This document shows positions 26,584 through 34,663 of a stretch of DNA of 49,384 nt, piece by piece; the first letter of the stretch is position 1, and each line of letters starts with the position of its first letter. The position numbers and the translations under genes are program-made. Origin of the DNA: Anaerolineales bacterium (GTDB lineage: Bacteria; Chloroflexota; Anaerolineae; E26-bin7). The stretch lies in assembly GCA_004377365.1 (NCBI GenBank), contig SOHZ01000288.1, positions 1 through 49,384 on the forward strand. The letters run 5' to 3'. The notes beneath the pieces are model-generated. The model worked only from the letters and a program-made list of their open reading frames with translations, made no database searches and was not told where the DNA came from.

Positions 26584-29500
26584 CTACTCCAAAACCGCCC
26601 CCTGTGCCGCCAGCCATTGGCCAAGGGTCACGTTTTCAACAACGTATTCCTCCGCTTCCTCGTTGAACACTTTCTTTGTATGTACAACTGCATCTAGTCC
26701 CTTGGCTCCGGCCAGTTGTAGATTCTGACATCTCAAACGCTGGGAAATTCTAGCTATTGGATAGAATTTTTCCATCTCTTTTGTTGAGAAAATCACGATA
26801 GTTCCATCGTCAAGTCCTGCAGCGATGAGGTCCCCAGTGTTGTCGTAGCTCACGCTTTTGATAACTCCTATCTTACTGGTGGTCTCATAGCACTTGTACA
26901 TCATCGGATGATCCGTAGCAAAAAAGTAGATTCTATTACTAAGACCAACTGCAGCTTCCTCAACTCTTGGGTGGAGATCGAAGTTCCTGGGAAAACTAAG
27001 TCTCAACGTCAAAGCGTAGCGCCTGGACTGGATTTGTACCTCCAGGCAAATCGATGAGCGATGTGAGCGCCTGAACCTGGCATCGTTGTTTCTTTGTGAG
27101 GCAAAGTGAGCGCAAATCGAGGACTTGCTAGTTCCGACTTGATAGTATTTCTCATCGAATTCTTCTGAACCAAGCACTCTGGTGTTACGTGTCTGCAGCG
27201 ACAGCACATGAATTGATCGGGTACTAATGTCCCAAATTAGAAGGTCATCGCCGCTAAAGGCAATATCGCCCGGTCGCCAAGTTTGTCGAAAACTAGCATA
27301 TCGAGACTGCTTTTCAAGGTGCCATATGCAGACATTTCCATCATCATCGCAGCTAGCAATCAAATCTCCTTTCGCAGACCAGCAAATAGCCTTCAGTGGA
27401 GCAGAATGACCACTGAATGTAATAACCTCCTTCACATTCTTAAGCTCGCTCACGTCCCATATGTGCAAGTAGGTGTCCATGCCGCCACTAGCTAGCATCG
27501 TCCCCTCCGGGCTGAAGGCGATAGAGTTCACCGCACTCATCTCGCTGAACTGGGCATTAGTCAGGTCGGCGTCCCGCAGATTGGCGTTTACTAGCGTGCC
27601 GCCTCGGAATTGGACGGATCGCAGATTGGCAGACCGCAAATTGCAGTCAGTCAGATCGGGATTCTGTAATTGGACGAATTGCAGATTGGCAGACCGCAAA
27701 TTGCAGCCGGTTAGGTCAGGGTTCTGCAAGTTAGCATAGCTCAGGTTAACTTCGCGCAGATTATGCCCCTTGAGAGTCAGAGGGTCGCACCGGATAAGCA
27801 GTGTGGCGACGTTGCCCCCCGTAGTCCCTACGTCATCCATGGTTTTGACTCGCGTCCTGGCAATGACGGCCAATAGTCGCTCTTTGACAGCTTCCTCGTT
27901 CGGACCAAGCATGTTCTGCATCAATTCTAGTATGGCTTTGGTAAACGGTTCCTTGCCCACGGTTTCCGCCAGATTCTTCATTTCTTCAGCTACAAACTCT
28001 CGGAGGTGTGAGATGGGTTTAATGGCGCCCGTTTCATCTACCTTACGCTGGAAATAGGAGGACCACGCGTAGTCCTGGGGTGACGCACTCTCATCCAAAT
28101 GTGACTGCTGTTGGGCCATTACAGTAAGGTCTGGGGCCAACACACCTAGTTCGGCGGCAAATTTGTAGGCCACGAAGAACTCCAGGAGTGAACGATGGGC
28201 CGGGGTATAGTCGCCGTCGGCGTTGCGGATCAGCATGGTTTGGCCCATCATGTCGTAGTGCCAATGGTCCAGGTCCTTTTGTTCCTGTACGACGGGACCG
28301 AAGAGACGGCGCAGGCGATCAGGAAATTGACGGTAGTTGAGGCTCATCTGGTCGGTAGAGAGCATCTCCCATGACAACTCGCACAAGAAGTGGAGCTTGT
28401 CGGCCAGCGAGGTAAAGGTGCGCTCCGCTTTGATGTCCCGCTCCATCTTGCGCCGTACGGCGTAGAGGTAGATGCGCGATAGGTCCACTGGCTTGCCGGC
28501 CTCGATGTCGGGCAGCGCCTCCAGGATGAACTCGGTCATCACCGGGCGGCGGGCCAAGTCGAGAAGCTGGGGATTGCTCATCACCTGCTTCACTATGGCA
28601 GGCTCGGCCCGCAACGACAGCACCTGGCGGATTTGGGCGTCATCGAATTTCTCCAGTTCCAGCACCTCGAACTGGGGCGGTTCGCCGGTCAGCTTGGAAG
28701 TAGAGGCTTGCAATTCCGCACTGAGCAGGGCACGGCCCTCTCTGGCCTCTGGAAAGTGCTCGGTGCGACAGGTGAGAATCGCCTTGGCCCCCGAAACCAC
28801 CACCCGGGCCAGTTCCCAAAAGTTGTTAATCATCTTTTGGCGATCTACTTTAGCTGCCATCTCGTCAAAGCCATCGAAGATGAGCAGCAGCTTGCCCATG
28901 CGGTTGAGTTGCTCAAAGGCGGAATAGCCGGGCAGGGGGATCTCGTGCTTGCGGAAGAAGAATTCGGAAAAGAGGGACTCAACGCTGACCGCCTTGGCAT
29001 AGTCGCGCAGGGGGATGACCAGGGGCAGGCGGGGTCGTTCGACACCCCGTTCTTTGGCCTCGCGGTAGCGTTGCAAGGCGGTCCAGGCATAGTGCAAGGC
29101 GAACCAGGTCTTGCCGGTGCCGAACTCGCCCAGGATGGAGATGTGCTCCTTGGCCGGGTCATCCAGCCAGCGATCAATGTAGCCGTCTATCCAGCCGTTG
29201 CGGTCGTTGTAACGACTTTCCCCAACCTTTTTCTTGGTGACCGGATCGAACTCCTCTTTGGTACAAGCCAAGGGGACGTACATTCGGTCAATGCCATGGC
29301 GCTTGACCTCGGCCTCCAACCAATCGAGGTAGCCGCTAAAGTCGGCGTGCTCGTCCAGCAGTTCGTCAAAGGTGTAGCAAAAGAGGTCGCGATTCTCCTT
29401 CTTTTCGAGTTCGTCACAGGCGGCTTGACTTTTACGACGGGCAGCCACCAGCCAGCCCTCATCGGTCTTTTGGTCGTTCACGGCTTGGCGCAAGGCCGCG

Positions 29501-30228
29501 ACATCGCTCACTTCGGCCTCACCTTCGATGCCGCGCACCAGGATGCGGTCGTATCCCCGCCGCGCTGGGATGTTGATGATCCACTCGAAATAGTCCTCGG
29601 CTCGGATGGCGTGGCTTTCAAAACGGTAGCCGAGGGTTTCAAACCAGGCCTTCATCTGCTGGGCCAGGTAGTCGGAGGGGGTGCCCTGAGGCAGACGTTC
29701 GCGGCTGGCAGCCTGCAGGCGGTCCACCTCGGCCTGGAGGCGAGCGATCTTGTCCTGGGAAACACGTGCTGCCTGAATCTCGGCTGTCATCTCTCGGTGC
29801 CGCCACACCAACCAGGCCATGATGTCATCGGCGACTTGCTGGCCCAATTCTACGGCGCTGTCGAAGTAGTCGTAGGTCACACCTTTTTGCAGGTCGTAGA
29901 TCTCGTTCTCCAGGAAATCTTCCAATGCTTTCTCTCGTTGAATATCCTTGTCGCGGATGTAGACAAAGCATTCCTTACCCAGGGCGCGAGCGTGGTGGTA
30001 CTCCTGCACCGTTACCTCGCCGTACTTTTGCCAGAACAGTCCCAGATAGATGTCGGCGGCCTCCACCTCGCGCAATGAGGTCTCTACCACATCTTCCGGC
30101 CTAGCGCCGGCGTGAGCTTCATACACCCAGGCCTCAATCCCTTTGTCATCGAGGGCCTTGGCGACAACCTCGCGTACGTCGCGCAGTTCAGCCATCTTGG
30201 AACTGATAAACACCTTGAGCTTTTCCAT
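26584..30228 (-). CDS. NLR-like STAND NTPase: DUF4062 - degenerate REase-like - NACHT - pentapeptide - WD40
   Basis: KVFISS..EL..R (DUF4062); Walker A GEFGTGKT; Walker B LLIFDGFDEM; ILTCR; xNLxx pentapeptides; WD40 repeats VNSIAFSPEG.MLASGG.D..LHIWD and GHSAP..W. Confidence 0.9.
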   Translation of the reverse strand: MEKLKVFISSKMAELRDVREVVAKALDDKGIEAWVYEAHAGARPEDVVETSLREVEAADIYLGLFWQKYGEVTVQEYHHARALGKECFVYIRDKDIQREKALEDFLENEIYDLQKGVTYDYFDSAVELGQQVADDIMAWLVWRHREMTAEIQAARVSQDKIARLQAEVDRLQAASRERLPQGTPSDYLAQQMKAWFETLGYRFESHAIRAEDYFEWIINIPARRGYDRILVRGIEGEAEVSDVAALRQAVNDQKTDEGWLVAARRKSQAACDELEKKENRDLFCYTFDELLDEHADFSGYLDWLEAEVKRHGIDRMYVPLACTKEEFDPVTKKKVGESRYNDRNGWIDGYIDRWLDDPAKEHISILGEFGTGKTWFALHYAWTALQRYREAKERGVERPRLPLVIPLRDYAKAVSVESLFSEFFFRKHEIPLPGYSAFEQLNRMGKLLLIFDGFDEMAAKVDRQKMINNFWELARVVVSGAKAILTCRTEHFPEAREGRALLSAELQASTSKLTGEPPQFEVLELEKFDDAQIRQVLSLRAEPAIVKQVMSNPQLLDLARRPVMTEFILEALPDIEAGKPVDLSRIYLYAVRRKMERDIKAERTFTSLADKLHFLCELSWEMLSTDQMSLNYRQFPDRLRRLFGPVVQEQKDLDHWHYDMMGQTMLIRNADGDYTPAHRSLLEFFVAYKFAAELGVLAPDLTVMAQQQSHLDESASPQDYAWSSYFQRKVDETGAIKPISHLREFVAEEMKNLAETVGKEPFTKAILELMQNMLGPNEEAVKERLLAVIARTRVKTMDDVGTTGGNVATLLIRCDPLTLKGHNLREVNLSYANLQNPDLTGCNLRSANLQFVQLQNPDLTDCNLRSANLRSVQFRGGTLVNANLRDADLTNAQFSEMSAVNSIAFSPEGTMLASGGMDTYLHIWDVSELKNVKEVITFSGHSAPLKAICWSAKGDLIASCDDDGNVCIWHLEKQSRYASFRQTWRPGDIAFSGDDLLIWDISTRSIHVLSLQTRNTRVLGSEEFDEKYYQVGTSKSSICAHFASQRNNDARFRRSHRSSICLEVQIQSRRYALTLRLSFPRNFDLHPRVEEAAVGLSNRIYFFATDHPMMYKCYETTSKIGVIKSVSYDNTGDLIAAGLDDGTIVIFSTKEMEKFYPIARISQRLRCQNLQLAGAKGLDAVVHTKKVFNEEAEEYVVENVTLGQWLAAQGAVLE
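27608..27727. repeat. 60-bp tandem duplication in pentapeptide region
   Basis: LQNPDLTGCNLRSANLQFVQ / LQNPDLTDCNLRSANLRSVQ. Confidence 0.85.
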
Positions 30229-30247
30229 CTCGCCCCTCCTGAGCTGG

Positions 30248-30484
30248 TCAATTTACCGACACACCTAGCTTCATGTATTCACCAGCCTCATATTCCATCC
30301 GAGCTTCTCGAATCTCAGCCATGATGCGAAGATTGGCTAACATCAACTCATCCTCGTACTCAGCTAGCTTCTCGTCCAGCCACTCACGCAATCGCAGCAT
30401 ATCCTGGGGCTGCAATTGCTCCATGAGCCTGGTTAGCGCGGAAAACGGCACCTTGAGCTGAATGTCCCTTTCATCTACCCCCAT
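30248..30484 (-). CDS. Small acidic orphan antitoxin-like protein
   Basis: C-terminal EIREARMEYEAGEY resembles RelE-partner antitoxins; GGGAG RBS; no toxin follows. Confidence 0.5.
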   Translation of the reverse strand: MGVDERDIQLKVPFSALTRLMEQLQPQDMLRLREWLDEKLAEYEDELMLANLRIMAEIREARMEYEAGEYMKLGVSVN

Positions 30485-30505
30485 ACTCCCATCCCCTTTC
30501 ACATC

Positions 30506-30763
30506 TTAACACGAGGCTGAAACCTCTACGCTTCTATCTACCGCTACCTGGAAAACATCCCGCCACCTACCTCCTACCGCTTCGTACATCCTCCCCAATC
30601 GCTCGGGGATTTCGCTGAAATCCGACACCCAGAGCACGCGCGTGCCCAAACGTTTCAGAGGGGCTTCGGCCAGATGATTGATCTCGGGCGCTGTCCAATC
30701 CGGCAGGATGGCGAAATGGAGGGATGCGGTCAAGTCAGTGGTGTGGGCATGAAAGCTGACCAT
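30506..30763 (-). pseudogene. Probable C-terminal fragment of a SIR2-family gene
   Basis: HFAILP...LKRLGTRVLWVSDFSEIPERL resembles the last strands and helix of SIR2_2 domains; no N-terminal part. Confidence 0.45.
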
Positions 30764-30777
30764 CCAACGACAGCACC

Positions 30778-31017
30778 CTACGCCGTCAGAGATAGCGGCA
30801 GGCGGAACACGGGCGCCTGTCCCACTGGCGTTTCGGTTTCCGGATCCAGGGCAAACAGGGTGTCCAGCACGCGCAAATCCAGCACCGTATACCCACACAC
30901 CGGGCAAACCAGCGCTGGCAGATCTTCAACGACAATGGGATTTCCATCACGCACAAATGTATGCACGATCCGGCGTTGCTCCATTTCGCCAGGGCATCCC
31001 TGAACAATGCATTTCAT
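30778..31017 (-). CDS. YgiT-type (MqsA-like) zinc-finger protein
   Basis: MKCxxxxC.G.M...IVVEDLPALVCPVCG. Confidence 0.85.
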   Translation of the reverse strand: MKCIVQGCPGEMEQRRIVHTFVRDGNPIVVEDLPALVCPVCGYTVLDLRVLDTLFALDPETETPVGQAPVFRLPLSLTA

Positions 31018-31340
31018 CGCTCGTAACCTCCTCGTAAGGTTGGTGTGATCCATTTGGGTGGACGGGGTTCATACACGGTGATAATCGTGACCGGAAAGCC
31101 CGAGTAGGAGGCAACAATGTGTAAATCGCGTCCAGCGGCGGTCCGTCCATGGATCAGACATGATGGCCCAAGCCACCACTGGGGATAATCCTCAAGCAGT
31201 TGCGCGTTGAGCATGGCCTCCTCTATCTCTGGCCGGGTGATGTGTTCAGCGAGTGCCTCCTCAGCCGCGTATAGTGAAATCTTGAGTTGGTGTTCTCGTA
31301 CCGTTCGTTCGAACAGGTCCAGAATGGACGCCGTGTTCAA
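31014..31340 (-). CDS. DUF4258 protein (putative toxin)
   Basis: LEDYP...PSCLIHGRT.AGR.LHIV...IITVYEP...W; typical partner of YgiT zinc finger. Confidence 0.85.
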   Translation of the reverse strand: MNTASILDLFERTVREHQLKISLYAAEEALAEHITRPEIEEAMLNAQLLEDYPQWWLGPSCLIHGRTAAGRDLHIVASYSGFPVTIITVYEPRPPKWITPTLRGGYER

Positions 31341-31531
31341 TCCAGCTCTTCGGGCAGAGGTTCACCGTCAGCTAGCCTGTCTTCGACGTGCAACCCGATG
31401 GCGCCCCTGATATTCTCCAGGGCCTCTTCGTAGGTATCTCCCTGGGTATAGCACCCTTTCAACTGGGGACAATAGGCGAAATAGCCATCGGCGTCCTTCT
31501 CAATGAAAACAGGCAAAGAGAGTTTTTCCAT
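31337..31531 (-). CDS. HicB-like antitoxin (short, no HicA adjacent)
   Basis: IEKDADGYFAYCPQLKGCYTQGDTYEEALENIRGAI. Confidence 0.85.
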   Translation of the reverse strand: MEKLSLPVFIEKDADGYFAYCPQLKGCYTQGDTYEEALENIRGAIGLHVEDRLADGEPLPEELD

Positions 31532-31563
31532 GATCTCACTATCGGACTTTTTCAAACGCAAAG

Positions 31564-31680
31564 GTTTCGAATCACGAATGGGCGAATTTCACGCCTGTAC
31601 CGCAACAGTGGTGAATGTGGCTTCATCATTTCGGATAGAGTTTGTGCCGTTCGTCCCTTCGTGACATTCGTGTTTCAAAG
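31564..31680. repeat. CACGAA/TTCGTG inverted-arm repeat element at island border
   Basis: GAATCACGAATGGGCGAATTTCACG ... TTCGTCCCTTCGTGACATTCGTGTTTC; contains a 20-mer shared with 24300-24319. Confidence 0.6.
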
Positions 31681-31688
31681 CTGCCAGA

Positions 31689-32636
31689 TCACCGTAACCC
31701 TGATCTGAGCACCTGCCAATGTGCTCTCACCCGCTCTGCCCGCAATGGCCGCTTGTGCCCCACCAGCCACTTCAGAGATTCCAGGAACAGTTGGTAGGCG
31801 TAGGTAGCCAGTAGGAAGAGGCACAGGACCTCGGCCTGCCAACGTCCATGATGCTTGCGGAAGTAGAGGACCTTGCTGCGCTGAAACTGGATGTGCTGCA
31901 AGGGTTTCACCTGCTCGCTGGACTTGGCCTCGTGGTGGATGATTTGGGCCGTGGGCAGATAGACCACCCGCCAGCCACGTTCTTTGAAACGGCGGCACCA
32001 ATCCATCTCCTCGGAGTACATGAAGAACTCTTCGTCCAACAGACCGACCTGCTCGATGGCCTGGCGGCGGGCCAGGAGGCAGGCCCCCACTACCCAGTCC
32101 ACCTCTTGCACCTCGTCGTCCCCCCGCTCACGGATGTAGTAGCGGCGTAGGACCCGGTTATCGGGGAACCACTGCTGGAGGACGGTGCTCTCCAGAAAGG
32201 CCGTGGCCATGGTCGGGAAGCGACGCCGTGAGGGCTGTACGCTGCCATCGGGATTCAGCAACTGTGGCCCCAGAGCCCCCCCCTGGGGATGGGCGTCCAT
32301 GTACTGCACCATCGTGCTCAGGGCATCGCCCACCACTTCGGTGTCTGGGTTCAGCAGGAGCACGTAGCGCCCCTGGCTCTGGGCGATGGCCTGATTGTTG
32401 CCTTTGGTGAAGCCCAGGTTCTTTTCGTTGGCGATCAGGTGCACCTGGGGAAAGCCCTCACCCACCATGGCCACGCTGCCGTCACTGGAGGCATTGTCCA
32501 CAACAATGACCTCCAATTCAAGGCTGGCTCCCGTGGTCCGATAGATCGAACTTAGACAGCGCCGCAACAACTCTCGCACGTTCCAGCTAACGATGACGAT
32601 AGAGAGATCAATGGAGAGTGGTAAGCGTTCAGCCAT
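31689..32636 (-). CDS. GT2 glycosyltransferase (WbbL/rhamnosyltransferase-like)
   Basis: SIVIVSWN, VVDNASSD, NLGF..GNN, LLLNPDT, VVGAC, LDEEFFMYSEEMDWC. Confidence 0.9.
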   Translation of the reverse strand: MAERLPLSIDLSIVIVSWNVRELLRRCLSSIYRTTGASLELEVIVVDNASSDGSVAMVGEGFPQVHLIANEKNLGFTKGNNQAIAQSQGRYVLLLNPDTEVVGDALSTMVQYMDAHPQGGALGPQLLNPDGSVQPSRRRFPTMATAFLESTVLQQWFPDNRVLRRYYIRERGDDEVQEVDWVVGACLLARRQAIEQVGLLDEEFFMYSEEMDWCRRFKERGWRVVYLPTAQIIHHEAKSSEQVKPLQHIQFQRSKVLYFRKHHGRWQAEVLCLFLLATYAYQLFLESLKWLVGHKRPLRAERVRAHWQVLRSGLR

Positions 32637-32698
32637 CAGCGGTCAGCTTTCAGTTTCTGGATAAACGATGTGAGCATTCGCTTCACCTCGGTCACTTC
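32636..32698 (-). pseudogene. C-terminal remnant of a four-helix-bundle (23S rRNA IVP-like) gene between heptamer repeats
   Basis: EVTEVKRMLTSFIQKLKADR*; TGA overlaps the next ATG; flanked by (GCTGAnn)n heptamers. Confidence 0.65.
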
Positions 32699-32809
32699 AC
32701 AAGCAATCAGCCGTCAGCTTTCGGCGATCGCCTAACCGCTGTGAGTGAAAAGACGGCGGCTCGAGGGCCGCCGCGTCGTTGAGATATGGCAATGGCTGGG
32801 CCTCCACCC

Positions 32810-33772
32810 TCACCAGCGCCGCTCCACCACATAGTCGGCCAAATCCAGCATGGCCTGGCGATACTCGTTGTGGGGCAATACTTGCAAGGACTCCCGGCTG
32901 CCCTGAGCGAAGCTTCTGGCTTCATCCAGGGCTGATTCCACTGCGCCCGATTCCTTGACGGCGGCTACAACCGCTCTCACCTCCTCTTCCCCTGGGTCGT
33001 TGAGCGCTTTTATCAGCGCGTCGTCTGTCGGGTGCATCTCGTGGAAATAGAGCGCCGGCAGAGTGACGATACCCTGGCGCAGGTCGCTGCCCACAGGCTT
33101 GCCCAATTCACGCTCGTCGCCCACAAAGTCCAGCACGTCGTCAACGATCTGGAAGGCCATGCCCAGGGTGCGGCCGTATTCACGCAGGGCCTGTACCTCT
33201 GGCTCTGGTGCCCCGCTCAGCACCGCCCCGGCCTCCGTCGAAGCGGCAAAGAGGGAAGCGGTCTTGCTGTAGATGCGTTGATAGTACTCCTCTCTGGCAG
33301 GAAGATTTCCCTGGCTGTTAAAGATCTGCTTTAGCTCCCCGCTGCAAATGGCCATCAGGCCTTGGGCAAAGATAGACATCACCCGCACGTTCTCTACCTC
33401 CGCGGCCAGGCCCGCTGCCAGGGCAAAGAGGAAATCACCGGCCAGGACGGTCGCCCCCCTGTTCCAGGTAGCGTTGAGGGTAGGGTTGCCCCGCCGGACG
33501 AGGGAGTTATCTATCATATCGTCGTGGACGAGGGTAGCTGTGTGCAACATCTCCACCGAAGCGGCCAGAGAGATGGCTTTCTCTGCATCGGCGGGGTGGA
33601 ACTTGCATGACAGTAGAACCAAAGCTGGCCGCAGGCGCTTTCCCCCGCTTTTCAAAAGATCATCCAGCACTGCTGCCAGGTGTTCGTATTCGACCTGGCT
33701 GGCCTCGCGCATCTTTTGCTCTACGCGCTGCAACTCCTCGTGAACCAGGTCCAGAATGGAGATGGTCTTCAA
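32810..33772 (-). CDS. Trans-polyprenyl diphosphate synthase
   Basis: GGKRLRP, HTATLVHDDMID..RRG, KTASLF, FQIVDDVLD, GKPVGSDL; TTG 33772 chosen because the longer ORF overlaps tatD. Confidence 0.92.
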   Translation of the reverse strand: MKTISILDLVHEELQRVEQKMREASQVEYEHLAAVLDDLLKSGGKRLRPALVLLSCKFHPADAEKAISLAASVEMLHTATLVHDDMIDNSLVRRGNPTLNATWNRGATVLAGDFLFALAAGLAAEVENVRVMSIFAQGLMAICSGELKQIFNSQGNLPAREEYYQRIYSKTASLFAASTEAGAVLSGAPEPEVQALREYGRTLGMAFQIVDDVLDFVGDERELGKPVGSDLRQGIVTLPALYFHEMHPTDDALIKALNDPGEEEVRAVVAAVKESGAVESALDEARSFAQGSRESLQVLPHNEYRQAMLDLADYVVERRW

Positions 33773-33789
33773 ATCCCTTCCTTTCGATG

Positions 33790-34599
33790 TCAGGTAGCTC
33801 CGGGCGATTCCAGGCCAAAGAGCGCCCGGGCATTCGTAGTGGTGATACGTGCCACTTGTTCCAGCGGTATCCCCCTGATCCGTGCGATGGCCTCCGCTAC
33901 CAGTCTGACGTAAGCTGGCTCGTTGCGCTTCCCTCGATGGGGATGAGGGGTGAGATAAGGACAATCGGTTTCGATCAGTAATCGTTCCAGCGGCAAAGCG
34001 CGTACCAATTCCGGCAGGCGACGGGCGTTGGTGAAAGTGACCGGGCCAGGGATGGAGATGTAGAAGCCCATCTCGATGACCTCCCGGGCCATGGCCAGAT
34101 CACCTGAGAAGCAGTGCATCACGCCAACTGGCCGATGGCTGGTGGCAGATGGCTGGTAGCCTTCCCCGACCCACTGGCGGAGCATGTTCATGACGTCATC
34201 ATGGGCTTCGCGGTCGTGGACGATGATGGGCTTGCCCAGTTTCCTGGCCAGAGCCAGTTGTTGCTGGAAAGCCCGGCGCTGGACCGGCCGGGGTGACTGG
34301 TCACGATAGTAATCCAGCCCTATCTCACCGATGGCCACCACTTTTTGGTGCTGAGCCAGAGCTCGTAGCTTTTCCAGAACGCCCTCGTTCAGGGTCTTAG
34401 CCTCATGGGGGTGGACTCCTACCGCAGCGTAAACCTGGGGGTAGGTCTCGGCCAGGGCCACCCCCGCCTGGCTGGCTTCCAACCCGGCCCCGGCGTTGAC
34501 GATGATCTCCACCCCGGCTTCCTGAGCGCGAGTGATCACCTCCTGGCGGTCTGCATCGAATTGGGGGAAGTCAAGGTGGGCGTGGGTATCAATCAGCAA
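33790..34599 (-). CDS. tatD: TatD family DNase
   Basis: IDTHAHL, GVHPH, IGEIGLDY, HDREA, MHCFSG, ETDCPYLTP. Confidence 0.95.
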   Translation of the reverse strand: MLIDTHAHLDFPQFDADRQEVITRAQEAGVEIIVNAGAGLEASQAGVALAETYPQVYAAVGVHPHEAKTLNEGVLEKLRALAQHQKVVAIGEIGLDYYRDQSPRPVQRRAFQQQLALARKLGKPIIVHDREAHDDVMNMLRQWVGEGYQPSATSHRPVGVMHCFSGDLAMAREVIEMGFYISIPGPVTFTNARRLPELVRALPLERLLIETDCPYLTPHPHRGKRNEPAYVRLVAEAIARIRGIPLEQVARITTTNARALFGLESPGAT

Positions 34600-34612
34600 A
34601 AGCTGCTCCTCC

Positions 34613-34638
34613 GGTTTCGATACGCTTCGTACTCAACC
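34613..34638. repeat. Small intergenic REP-like hairpin
   Basis: GGTTTCGATACGCTTCGTACTCAACC. Confidence 0.45.
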
Positions 34639-34663
34639 CAAGAATCAATTATGGCGCGCAACA

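Noticed and set aside
28633-30078. 481-aa plus-strand ORF
   Set aside because: Antisense shadow of the NACHT gene in high-GC DNA with no recognisable motifs; the same applies to 48059..49048, 43130..43897 and 45818..46453
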